Of a stretch of 64,000 bases of DNA, positions 49,924 to 62,272 are shown piece by piece. The stretch's first letter is position 1, and the number at the start of each line of letters is the position of its first letter. The position numbers and the translations under genes were made by a program. The notes under the pieces are model-generated. The model saw only the letters and a list, made by a program, of their open reading frames with translations. It searched no databases and had not been told where the DNA came from. Source of the DNA: Amphiscolops sp. MND2022 (taxonomy: Eukaryota); assembly GCA_964187785.1 (NCBI GenBank), contig OZ076409.1:58778001-58842000 (forward strand), in the 5' to 3' direction.

Positions 49924-52900
49924 ATGGCTGCCGAGCATTCATCAAAAAACAATTCAGTGACCCTGAAAATGGATAACAACAAAGTGGGGCCAGAGGCCAA
50001 AATAACTTCCTTCGCTTGGGAAGATTTGACCTACGAGGTCAAGAGCAAAGGAGGCCCGAAGGCTCTTGTTAATCAGGGATGTTATGGGTTTTTTTAAAAA
50101 TTAAAAGCTGTTTACCATGTTGGTGAATGACTTATTTCATACAGTTAGCATAAATAAACGTGGATACAATTTTGTTCACGGAAACTGCAGACTATATATT
50201 TCCTTTTTTCCAAAACTTTGAAAGTCCTGAGATTTTCGAATGACTTTTCGAACAGTTTACACAGTTGAGTTCTGGGAATCCAAAATTGAGAAACTTGAAA
50301 ATAAAAAAAAAGCAAATATGTCTTGATTTAGTTAACAGTTTACCAAGCACAACCCTATGTCGCAACAATTGAAAACCGTGAAAATCATTGCCAGTTTCGA
50401 GTGAATAATTTGGTGTATCTTTTATACAAGTTTATACCTTTTATACCATTTAAGCCAGTCAAATATGTTCATTGTCTGTTTTCCAGGAATTTTTTAAAAA
50501 AATCTTCTTTAAAAAAAGTTCAATCATGATGACCCTTTGGCGGAATATGTAGCACAGTGCCGAAAAAAGGTATAATCTTTGTAATATTCAATATTCGATA
50601 TTTCCCTTATCCATTATATAAATTTTGTCAAAAACCAAGCAAATTTGTAAAGCCAGTTTTCTACATGTGTTATACGCGTTACCTAGTATGCTGAATATAA
50701 CAAAACACCTTCTAATTGAGAAGCTTCTAAGCGCCTATATTTTGCACAAACGGTATATTACCCGGATCCAAATTCATAAGGCTTCCATGCAATTCCATGC
50801 ATGGAAGCATATGATCCGTATGATTCCATACGATTCCATGCATGGAACCATGACCTACAGACCTTCCATGAAATTCCACGCATGGAATCCTATGATTTCA
50901 TACATGGAAGTGCATGCAACCATATGATTCCATGCATGGAGAGGGTATTAGTGGTTCTTCCTGTAATTTTAGATGTTTTTTAATGTTTTCGATATTTTCA
51001 GATGTCATTACAGTGGGTTCCTTCGTTTTCCATATGATTCAATCCGATTTCATGCCTACAATTATATAATTCCATGCGATTCCTTGCTTGGAACCATATG
51101 ATTCCATACGATTCCATGCATGGAACCATATGATTCCATGCGATTCCATGCATGGAAACGGCATGAAATTATCGTATGGAACCATATGGTTCCATGCATG
51201 GAATCGCATGGAAGACTTATGAATTTGGATCCAATTTTGGGTAGTGATACACGCGTATTGAGATGATGTGAAGTTTCAATGTTCAGAAACTGGTAGAAAC
51301 ATGGAAACACCCATCTGGGAAAATTTATTTAAAAACTCAGGAATTATGGGGATTTTTATCGTAGAAAAGTCAAATGCGTCGGCTGGAAAAATCAGGCTTT
51401 TATAGTTAAAAAAAGGTGGTCGGTGGTACAACTCTAGTTTTCCAAAATCACAAATTTTGCGAAATTCGGCCTAAATTCCTACCAATTACGCATTTCTTAC
51501 AAGTTTGTACAAGAATCGCAAATTCTGCAATATTGTTACAATGTTGAACATTTCTTACAAGAGTCTGATAACATGTTTGCAAAATTTGCATCTATTTGTA
51601 AGAAACTCTTACAAAAAATGCGATGTGTAATTTTGACCAAAAATTCGTTAAGATTTTCTTGATCTGCCTATTTTGTGTCTTTTTGAATAACATCTGAATT
51701 AAAAGTCTGTATCTCTAAAAGGGTTATCTTGAGAGAGATAGGATCCTTTTGTTGGGAAAGGCTAAGGTTGAGAATATGGGAATGAAATCAATAATCGCTC
51801 GCATAAAATTTGCTGATTAATAGGCTAGCAACGACTTTTTTCAGTATTTCCTCTAGCGGAACGATGCAAATTTTGTAAGAGTTTTGTAAGAATTCTTACA
51901 AGAGTTTTTGTAAGAATTTTGCAAAAGATGTGAATTTTTTCAACTAGGGAAACTTCAAATTGAATGTGAAAAAGCAACCTGTCGAAATGGAACGACGTGG
52001 GCTTTCCTCATATAAAATCTTTATAGTTTTTTCTTAAAATTTTTCCCGTCCATATTCCAGAATCAGGTACTAAAATTATCATCCTAGCTGCATGTTTTAC
52101 CATATTATATTTTTGAAACAACGCTTTGCCAACGGAGTATGAACGCGAAAATAGCTTTGTTTCATGTATATTTCTGGAAAATTTGGAACGTTCGAATGTT
52201 TTGTCAGTTTTCAAAACAACTTTTTGAATGTTTGTCGCAAGAGAAGTTCAGAGTGGACAAAATGCCGGCTGTTAACTGACGTCTTGATAGATTTTTTTTC
52301 ATATTAAGTAGTGCCCTGAATATCTTCTGTCAGGGTTGCAAAAAACGTTTGATCGGATTGTATTTTATTCAAAATAAAAGTGTTTTAAAACTGTTTGAAA
52401 ACGTGTTTAAAACACTGTTTTATTTTGAATAAAACACAGTCCGATCAAAGGTTTTTTAATTCGTGTACATGTAATCGATGTAGACAGACAAGTAGGCGTC
52501 AAAATGAGCAATTTTGTGAATTGTAAAGTGAAAATGAAAGTCTATCCTGAAGAATTGCTGAAGTTGGCACTCGAAATGGTATGCCTAGTCCATCCATTCT
52601 GATCTTCGCAACAGGCTTGGAGTTCATAAAGTTGAAAAACTTAGTTTGTGATTCGATATTTGAATGATTTTGAATAAATTCATTCTTTCAAGCTTGTTTT
52701 TCTATCTTTGTTCGAGGGAATTTTTAACATGTTTTCAAACGCTTTAAAACGTTTAAAACGTTTTTGTTCAAAATTAATTTAAAACTTAGAATGGCCTGTC
52801 TTCTGTTGACTCAAAAAAATGTAAACTAATTTTTAAAAAAATCAAAAGAAAAATTCAACATGAGTCCTCAGCTTTTAACATCCCTGTTCCTAATCAGTTG

Positions 52901-55900
52901 AACGGATATTTGGCCCCTGGAAATATGCTTGCTATTATGGGGCCATCAGGATGCGGAAAAACAACGTTACTCAACTTACTGGCTGACAGAATCTCCAGTG
53001 GAAAAACTAGTGGGCACATCTACCTCAATGGAAACCCTCGAAATTCTGTTAGCTCCTTCTCTATCCCAATTTGGCGCCTGTTGCCACTTTCAGTGTTTTT
53101 TTTAGCTTCCATTTCTGATGGTCTGTCAAATTGGTTTGCTGTCTGATTTCAAGGCTCTGATGTGAAATCGTTTAATCTTAAGTTGGTTTAGAGCTCATTC
53201 TTGGTCTTACAATTATGCCCTTAATGGAATCATCGTCAGAAATTTAGCGAATCCAGAAGTTCTGTCGTCAAAAATCGCATCAGAAAATTTAGAAATAACA
53301 GCGTCTATTGATAGATACCAAATCAAACATTTAAGCAGTGAATTGAGATCGGAAGAACCAACCTCAATTTCACACTTCTGTCAACGCCAGGGTGGTGGGG
53401 GAAAAGCTAATTGCATTCAATTAATTCGACAAGAAACGTGATTTTCCCCCGGCTTGAACTATTTTAGCAACATACAATCGCAAATTTGTTCGTTTTTCAC
53501 GAAAAATTCAAATATTGCGTGGCAGTAATGTAAAGAAAAACTGATAATGGATGATATTTTAAGAACAGTTACGATTATGTTTGGTTTCTCAAAATCATTA
53601 GTGATAGCTATCAATGATAGTAATTACTGAACAATTAACGATAATTATTACAAATGTAGACTAAAAAAGAATTGACTCAGTTACAATTCATAATACTAGT
53701 TGAGCTGAAATGCACCAAAATTTCATTTAACGACAAAATTTCTGACGAAGAAATTTCTAAGGAAAAATTAATCCTAGAGAACAACGCTTCTCGGTTTCAA
53801 AAAACTACTCATCTATATCGACTAAACATGTTTAGTCGATATGGATGAATGGTTTTTGAACCGAGAAGCGTTATTCCCTAGGATTAATATTTTTCCTTGG
53901 AAACTTCTTCGTCAGAAATTTTCGCTTGCAACTTCCATACTTGCAATTATGGACGTACATGCAGAAGATCCCCAATTAGTGTTTTAATTACCTTCAATTT
54001 AAATTCAACAAGACGGAAACGTCTTGTCGCATCCGTCTAGATGCGATGGTTCCGTGGTGCAGCTATGAAAAAAAACGCCCGAAGAAACTCGATGACCAAC
54101 CACTTAAAACTTCATTAAACTCATCTTACTGATACTTTGGTTCTGTCATGTAAATCATTTGTTTACTTTTCATGATGAATCTATTTTTGGACCTGTTTCT
54201 AGGTCCTCCAAAGTTGCTTTGCTCATTAAACCCCATTCATAAATGTAACACGTGCAAAAAGATTACATAAGGATGATCCATCTGTGATTTTTAATTTCCA
54301 TTATGCGTAGTCATACTACATTTAGAACAACGAATAAGCATCAATGAGCGTTTTGCAAATATCAAAAATGCGTTATTATACATAAAATGAAACTAGGAAT
54401 AAACGTCAAGAGGCGAAAAATGATCTTTTGAATATGCGTTAATATGCGCTTTTAGATGATCAGTATATGCGGTAACAGTGACGGACATACGTCACCATAC
54501 GCCTTTTATAATAAAACTGCAAGTTACCATACGAATTGAATTATAATGTATATACAATATTGCTCGCTTTTGATAATAATGTTCATACGCGTCATACATC
54601 ATCCTACGGTTCAAGATATAACGTATATGCCGTATTAAACGTTTTTCAGCCAAAACTGCAGTTTTTGAATGTCATGTAGTTATGCATCATCAAACAGCAT
54701 TTGTGATGTTTAATATAACATTTTGCAATGCTTTTCTAGGGTTTTAGACCATTTAGTCTTATTTGCATCGTCATGGAAGTGACATAAATAGAATGATATA
54801 AAGCTGACGTTATTCTATTTTCGTTTTTCCAGGATCGGATGACATTTGTAAAAGTGCTTGTCATCCTTTAGTAATTCTGAAAAATGAAGCAGAAAAGAGG
54901 AAAATCAGAACAAAAATAACTCCTATCAAGAACAGTTGATATAATTTCCACAAACCTCTGTTGACATTTCTTCAGTTTTCATCGTTTCTTTCAAATTTGG
55001 ATTTCCAATTTGAAAAGATAATTCAAATTCTTCCCCAGCAATTATAACTAGTTTTTTTCTGAGCAAGATGGGAAACAAGAGAAACCGAAGGTCGAGGAGT
55101 TTAGGAACTCTTTCTCCTGACAGAGAAACTAGCGGAACCAGAGCTGATTCTCCAGAAACAGGTAATATAACTCTAACTAATTCTAATTTGAATGTTCAAG
55201 AAAATTAAGGTGAATCTAACTTGGAAAGCAGGCTAAGAGTGCCTAGCCAGATTAGCGATGAATTACAGGTTTAGACACAACTTTTTGAACGGAAAAATAC
55301 TGAAAGAATAGAAAAGATAAGAGAAGAAATGGATCACAAATAAGAGGCAATTCTGAAAGAGATAAAAACCAACAGAATTTCATCAATCATCACGAATCCT
55401 AGGACTGACGTAGATGGAGCCCAAATCTCACAACCATCAGGATCGAAAACAAACAAGTCTATAGGGGTACACGCATCCAAAATTGAAATATCAGACTCAG
55501 AAAAAGGGGATCATCCTCTTAAAGCCTCTGAAATGAAAAACTTGCGGTGTCCTGCTATCCTGCTAAGCCTTTTTTTCGAAGTGAAAGAGATTTAGACACC
55601 ACACTAATGTCAAACGAAGATTCAGAGTAAGAGAATTATCACACGTCTAAAGTCGGCGCTATATCTAGGCTCGAAAAGCGCAGGTTTTAAAAATGCATAG
55701 GACGTTTTCAGGACCTGTTTCCGAGCCCTTCTGTCTCGTCCTTATTAAAACGCAATATAGTACAAACAGTGCGTAAATCGAACCGACGTTCTCCCCCTCC
55801 CCTCCACTGTGACCAAGCACAGACACCAACGTTAATCAAGCGTTAAATTGAATGTCGGGCAGACCTTGGTAAACAATTGCAATAATATTCATACTGAAAA

Positions 55901-58900
55901 TTATGTTATTCTTACGGTGTTCGGTTATAAATGAATATTTGCAACTATTGCAATAATTTTTCAGTATTAAAATATTGTTTCGAAGACTGAATTCAATTTC
56001 AATTTGGAATATTCATGTAGCAACAGTTTCACGTGACAAAATTTTATCAACCGTTACCGGGCTTCAAAGATTTCGATTGAATTTCTGAAACGAATTTTGT
56101 TCCAATTGCAGTGGAGTAAGACTATTCCGATGATCATCAGCTAATTGATGCGAACAACAAATTTCATTCCTTCAAAATTGGAAGTTCAAATTATTGTGAA
56201 ATAATTGGTAGAAAGAAATAAATATTTGGCTTTGCAATTGGACGCCAATAAGTTATCAATTCAATAATTATTGCAGTTATTTTTCACTCAAATATTCATT
56301 ACCAAGGTCTGATGGTGGGACAACGCAGAATAATTTCTTTTGTCAACAAATCTTTTCATGCAACTCTGAACATTGCAATTTGGCTTGTCGGTCCTCCAAT
56401 TTTACATAATATTTTTGGGCAAATGAACATCAAAAATGTGAACATGGGGATGATTGACAGAGCAAGTGAAAAATGTGTAGTGTCTTGCTTACAAATATCA
56501 CAATTTTAATGAGTGACTATTTTGTGCATTCCGTTTTTTTTGGTTAACCGTACAGAATCTGACAACCATTACTAGGTGTCCGCAAAAAGAATGATATAAG
56601 TGCTTTTATGCAAGTTCATCAACAAGATTTCAAATGTTTTCTTAATCTCACCTTTCAACTTGTCAATCATTCAAAACATGATGAGTTTCGGACAGCGTCA
56701 GACAGATTTGGCTGGTATTGTGAACTGGAATAAAGAAATCATCATCCAACAGCTACTCTCTTCATCACAGACAGTTGTTTGAAAATGCATTTCGCGCTTT
56801 TTGATTGACAGCAATTTTGAGACCCACTTTTCGTTTAGAAACGCATTTTGATGTTTTGTTGGCTAATATTTGGTTCGGGATTATAACAAAAAATATTACG
56901 CTTAACGTTTTTTGCGGGTGCCTAAATACTATAGTCTAACAGCAGCGTTTTATATCTAAATCATTCTATTGAAAAAATGAGCACGTATCGAAAGCCATTC
57001 CGCCAGAGTTTTTTTAACGTCACCTTAGAGAGACAAAATTCAATCTCCCAGATTGAAATGTTGCTCTGAAAAACTGTGTTTCAGATAAATGAAAATTTAG
57101 TTATGATAAAATATGAAACAACACTTAGCTTTTCGAATCGAGCATCGATCGATGCTCGATTCGAAAAGCTAAGTGTTGTTTCATATTTTATCATAACTAA
57201 ATTTTCATTTATCTGAAACACAGTTTTTCAGAGCAACATTTCAATCTGGGAGATTGAATTTTGTCTCTTCTAAGGTGACGTTAAAAAACTCTGGCGGAAT
57301 GGCTTTATGGTCTTTTTATGGTCTTTTGCAAACCGCTTCACAGAAGATCTCAAAAACAATACTTTCGTTAAAGCATCAATGGCTCCATCTTATGGATCAC
57401 AGCAGAATCGCAAAATCATTACCAATAATTCAGGTTTTTGTTCAAATGAAAAGTCCATGAAAAGTCCAACTGAAACTTCAATTGAAGTTAAATTACTGTA
57501 GTCAAAGAAATGATTTCATGGAAAGTTATTTATTTGTATTTTTATTCCATTTTTCCTAAAAAGGTGTTTTTTCGTTATTCCCCAGTATTCAAGGCATGTT
57601 AGACAATTTAAAGAATTTATTGCACTATATTTCGAATACACGGAAGGAGGAAATATAAACATTTTTCCAAGAAACAAAGGTCTCGAGACAAACGTCTTTT
57701 CATTTGAACAAAAACCTAAATTATTGGTAATGATTTTGCGATTCTGCTGTGATCCATAAGATGGAGCCATTAATGCTTTAACGAAAGTATTGTTTTTGAG
57801 ATCTTCTGTGAAGCGGTTTGCAAAAGACCATAAATAGTCAACAAAAGACGAGCAACCTAGTGAAATTAATTTGAGTTATCTAGATCGAGTTCAATTTTTT
57901 ACAGATCAATTTTTCAAGTTTTGAGTATAGAAAAAGTACTCGCAAAAAATACGTACGTCATTCTAACTTTAATCGTTTTCTTTTGGCAGAAAGATTTCCG
58001 AAACGTCTCATCATTTGTGACTCAAACCGACTACCTGCTCGACATATTCACAGTTCGGGAGACGATTGCCTTTGCAGTTGGACTGACACAGCCCTTTTTC
58101 TCGAAACCTTCGGAAAAAAGCGGGAAAGTGGAAGAAATTGCGACTCAGATGGGACTCACAGCATGCCTGGACAATCGAGTTGGTGGTGATTTGTTCAAAG
58201 GTGGGCCTTGAATCATGTTTGAAAACAGGATGATAGCCTTTCGCCAAAAATCAATCACGCTGAATGTTTCGGTATGACGAGTTCCTAGACAAAACCATTG
58301 GTCATTATTCAACACAAACTGACAGTTTTTCAACATTCACGGAACAGTCAATAAAAAATAGTTTTCTTCATGTTTAAAGCTTGTAAAAATGTACAGAAAT
58401 TCGAAGGAAAAAATTCATAGTTTTTATCCATGAATATTTGATGAAAAAAGGTTCTTGTCTGTGAATAAGTTTTATTACTTCTCTTAATAAAAAAAGTTCT
58501 GTCGCTTTCATGCAGTATAGATTCACCCAGTATATGAATTTCACACCATCTCTATTCTTTCGCAAAAAAGACAAAAATTCATGCTTTTTACGGAATTAAC
58601 AAAGATCGTAACGTCAAATGACAGAAAAATTGAACCTAGTGCAACGTGTTCCACTTGAAATTTGAAAAATACCGAAAAAAAATCATGAATTTGAGCGGCC
58701 AAAATTGCGTAAATTGGTGTGAAGCTTATGGAGAAAGCGTTGGTTGTTAAATCAAAATTTTTGCGAAGGAATCTCTGGAGGTCAAATCAAGCGGCTGAGT
58801 GTGGCACTATCGCTGATCACGAACCCTTTCATTCTACTTCTCGATGAACCTACATCCGGTCTCGACAGTGCCGCTACTTACGGAGTCATGCAGTACATAA

Positions 58901-58918
58901 AGTCATTGGCTGGTCAAG
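49924..58918 (+). CDS. ABC transporter G-family (white/ABCG-like) N-terminal NBD; exons 49924-50076, 52898-53047, 57990-58200, 58769-58918; 3' part not found in window
   Basis: [10 protein letters not shown]; Walker [17 protein letters not shown]-loop FVTQTD...TVRET; signature [11 protein letters not shown]; Walker B/D-loop [12 protein letters not shown]. Introns 2 and 3 are GT-AG with matching phases (0, 1); the intron 1 donor is uncertain. Confidence 0.95.
50074..52886. mobile_element. hAT-like element relic spanning ABCG intron 1
   Basis: Perfect 11-bp TIR CAGGGATGTTA (50074-50084) / TAACATCCCTG (52876-52886), flanked by 8-mers TTGTTAAT / TTCCTAAT. Confidence 0.75.
50761..51241. mobile_element. 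Palindromic MITE with TA|CCC...GGG|TA ends and TTCCATGCATGGAA subrepeats
   Basis: Inverted arms GGATCCAAATTCATAAGGCTTCCATGC / GCATGGAAGACTTATGAATTTGGATCC; TA on both flanks. Confidence 0.85.
53735..53922. repeat. 188-bp spacerless imperfect palindrome
   Basis: Centre GACTAAACA|TGTTTAGTC at 53828/53829; arms pair to both ends. Confidence 0.95.
55860..56311. mobile_element. hAT-type MITE
   Basis: 13-bp TIR CAGACCTTGGTAA / TTACCAAGGTCTG; degenerate 8-bp TSD ATGTCGGG / ATGGTGGG. Confidence 0.8.
56991..57306. repeat. 316-bp spacerless near-perfect palindrome
   Basis: Centre GAGCATCGA|TCGATGCTC at 57148/57149; only two 1-nt indels seen between arms. Confidence 0.98.
57315..57834. repeat. Inverted repeat, 139-bp arms (57315-57453, 57696-57834), 242-bp spacer
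   Basis: Arms are reverse complements with about two substitutions. Confidence 0.97.
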
Positions 58919-60105
58919 GTTAGAATTCGCTTACCAAATTGGTTCACCCCAGGCAAAAAAACACGTCTCTATAAGGGGCAATTTCATTGAGTGGATGGGT
59001 CGAATTGAATCAACGACTCGCTTTTTTAGTGTTGGCAAATTTAAAAACCACTAACCGTAACTTATGGAGAACTTCTTTGGAGACAACGGAATTAGTTTTG
59101 AATTGTAGCAATTTTACATGATTTCATTTGAGAACTTTCTTCATGCCGCTTCGTCTTTTTCACGTAAGCCTGTCCTCGGCCCCGTAAATTGCGACCTTTG
59201 CGGTAAGCACCTTAGCTAGTGTATTTTCTGATTCTTTCGTAAGTAATTTTGAACTATTTTATTACCCTGATTGAAAAAAAAATGCAACCCATGCAAGATC
59301 TTTCAAGGAAGCGTTTTCTTGTCTCGCAAGGAAAAATTTTCTGTGACACTTGCAAATTTTCAACGAATTTATTCTCTACCCAACAAATGCATTTCCCGAC
59401 AATCAAAATCTTACCACCCCGCCGCTTCTAGTTGCTCAACTATTCTAATTATTGGTTCATATCTGCTTCGAGCACTGAATTTAGACGTTAGCGATGTTAC
59501 ATTCAGTTGATAAAGGCATCAACAGTGGTTTGAAAAGAAAGTAACTTGAAAATGAAGGAATTTATTGCTCCATCAGACCTAAAATTCTTGTTCATGTCCA
59601 TCTTCCAACACGGCGATTTGGTCAAAAGAACTTTGCTGAAAATCGTTTGCAGCAGACATTTTTTGCATTCAGGAGACGTGGTGATAATCCGCCAGTAGAC
59701 AATGCGGCGCCCCGTTGGAAGCCTGAAAAAACAGCCCCTTAACCATTCACATGGGTATTAAGACTTGAGAAACACTCTTTGCTAATTAAAGTCATCACAA
59801 ATGCCAAACAGTTTTTTTTTTGAGAATTACAATAAATACAGAGTTCAAAGTCTCTTGTATCTCCTGCCAAGAGCTTGCGTATCGTTATATAATCCCGTTT
59901 ATACTTAAATTTGATAAGTTCCTGTTTTTTTTCTCATAAATAACTTGAATTTCTCACTAAGAGTTTTCCTATAACATTCCTATCGAGAATTTGAATTTCA
60001 AACAATTAACTTGCAAAACAAATAATTTTGTTTACAATGACTTTACATATGTTTGCACTACAGCTACACTATCAGTCTAAAGTTTTATTTTGAATTATTT
60101 ATAGC

Positions 60106-62272
60106 CCTTGTTGAAAAAATGCTTTCCTTACAGCGATCTTGCAACATTTTCTTGCAAGGTGGTAATGCATTTTCTGTTAGATATCTTGCCAGTATCTTGC
60201 AAAGAAAAAGTATCGTTGCAAGATTCTTTTAAAGAAAAAAAAAGGTCCTTGAAAAAATCTTGTAGGGAAAACTTTTGCTTGCAAGATCCTTCCAAGAAAA
60301 AAATCCTTGAAAGATTCTTGTAACGAAGTCCTTGTCTTGCAAGCTTCTTGAAAGGGAGAGCATTTCAGTTGAATAGTGTCAAATTTATAAATATTTGAAG
60401 TTGCAACATGTTTTGTTTCTAAAATAGAGTTGGAAAGGTTAGTTTTTGCTTTGCAATGTGCACGTTTTTCTGAAAAAAATTCCCAAGCAACGTAAATTTG
60501 TGATGTTCTGATGTTGTGAGTTCAAAACATCGTTCTTTCCGTGTGAAAGGTCAATCATAGGAATGTTTTGTTGCTACTGTAAACAAAAAATTTATATTGC
60601 TGTATTATTCACAACAACCAAGCTCTAGGTTAAAAGAAACGTTAAGATAATTTCTATAGCTAGCTGACTATATCGTAGATACCAAAGTATATAGCGTAGT
60701 ACCTAATTTAACTTAGAGCAAAGTTTTGTTCATCAATTAACAGGTAGGCTAGACAGACAGACAGCTTTGTGTACCGAAACTCGGTAGAGGTCAAACCGGA
60801 ATGAACTGAATATGACATTTCCCCCTCTCTTCTCCTTCTCAGTTTCGGTCAGAGGGCCCGGGTGGTGTTTCGTCTCCGGGTATAAATATGAGGGTTTTTA
60901 TATCTCCTCCGGTTGTGGTGTTCCCTTCACTCTGGTCCAAGGGTTTCCTGTAGTAAAAACAATACATTGTCCGTACTTGCCGTCCAAGACCCGTAAACAA
61001 TGTCTGTTTTTCGGGTTTATTTCACCATTTGTGTTGATTGCCGACTCCCTTCTCGTTCTTTGTTCGGTCTGAAATAATGGACCCGAAATAAGTTTTCGGT
61101 TTATTATTTTTCCGGTATCCGTTTTCACGGAACTTTCAGTCCTGCTTACCGCGGTTTGTATTTTATCTCGAATTTTCCTTCTAATGATTTTTTGTTGTAA
61201 TTCTTTTCAACAAAAAAGAAGGGATATCTGACCAATTTTTTCTTTTTCGGTGACTTCTGGCCTTCGTTTCTGGTTTCTCTCCTCGGTCTTCGTTTTTGCC
61301 AATATTACGTAGCTGGTTATCTCTCCTTCCCCATCACTTATTTATCTCTTTGATGTGGTGTATGCTCTCTTCTGGTTCACTGATGTTTCGTCACCTTTTT
61401 TGAAGGTTTTCTTTCTATCAAAGGGTCCACTACTATAATTCTAGGTTTTCATCTAATTAGTCCAGTTTGGCCAGTGTGGAAAAACTGGGAAGTGATTATT
61501 GAAACTTGTCTGGGTTGGGACCTCGAATGCTTTATATGAGATGAAGTGATTTTTTTGGGTCTTGGAAGAGTTTCTAGAGGTTGTTACACACCTCGAAAAG
61601 TAAGTTTTTTTCGAGGTAACAATTTCTCTTCAATATCTTGCAAGGAATAAATTTCCTCAAAAGATCTTGCAAATAATGCGTGTCTCATAAGGAGCTTGCA
61701 AGATCCTTGCAAGGAATGCAATTTTTTATCAACCAGCGAGGACAGTACAGAGAATTGACTTTCTGGATGCAATAGTTTGCTTGGTAGCGTGAACGGCATA
61801 ATAGGTACGCTGATAAAGAAAGCTGCAGTTGACAACTGTTTTCGTTTTTTTTTAATCCACGTTTCTTGAAATGCTTGACTAGATCTTGCAAGGTCGCACA
61901 TATTTTTCGAACTCTTAATAACCATCTCCCCATAATTTCACGGAAATGCAAGATTCCTGAATAGAATTCCAAGCGGTTGCATACAGTGTAAGGAAAAAAT
62001 GGCACATTATTTTTTGGCTCATATAAAACTTTTTGCTACCAGAAACTTCCAATACACTAAGAGGAGACCCTTTGTTGAAAAGGCCCAGAGGTTGAATTCA
62101 GAATCACGGAAACGTCCTTCGTATCGCCAGTCACCGCGCTCAGAAATAAGGTCTAAGAAAAAGTTACCTTGTAATGTTATTTGTAGGAAATAGTTGACCT
62201 TGAGAGATTACTGCAAGGAAACAGTTAACCTGGCAAGATCTTTGCGAGGAATACGTTTTTTTTTCAACAGGG
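60106..62272. mobile_element. Non-autonomous TIR element with (T)TGCAAG subterminal arrays, hosting a Gypsy fragment
   Basis: CCTTGTTGAAAAAA left end and TTTTTTCAACAGGG|TA right end; related end TACCCTGATTGAAAAA at ~59264. Confidence 0.55.
60598..61560 (-). mobile_element. Gypsy 3' LTR (60598-60817), PPT and pol tail; related to the 19752 element
   Basis: LTR ends TGCTGTATT...CGGTAGAGGTCAA...TATGACA resemble TGTTGTATT...CGGTAGGGGTCAA...TATAACA; adjacent TTTCCCCCTCTCTTCTCC is a minus-strand PPT. Confidence 0.7.
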
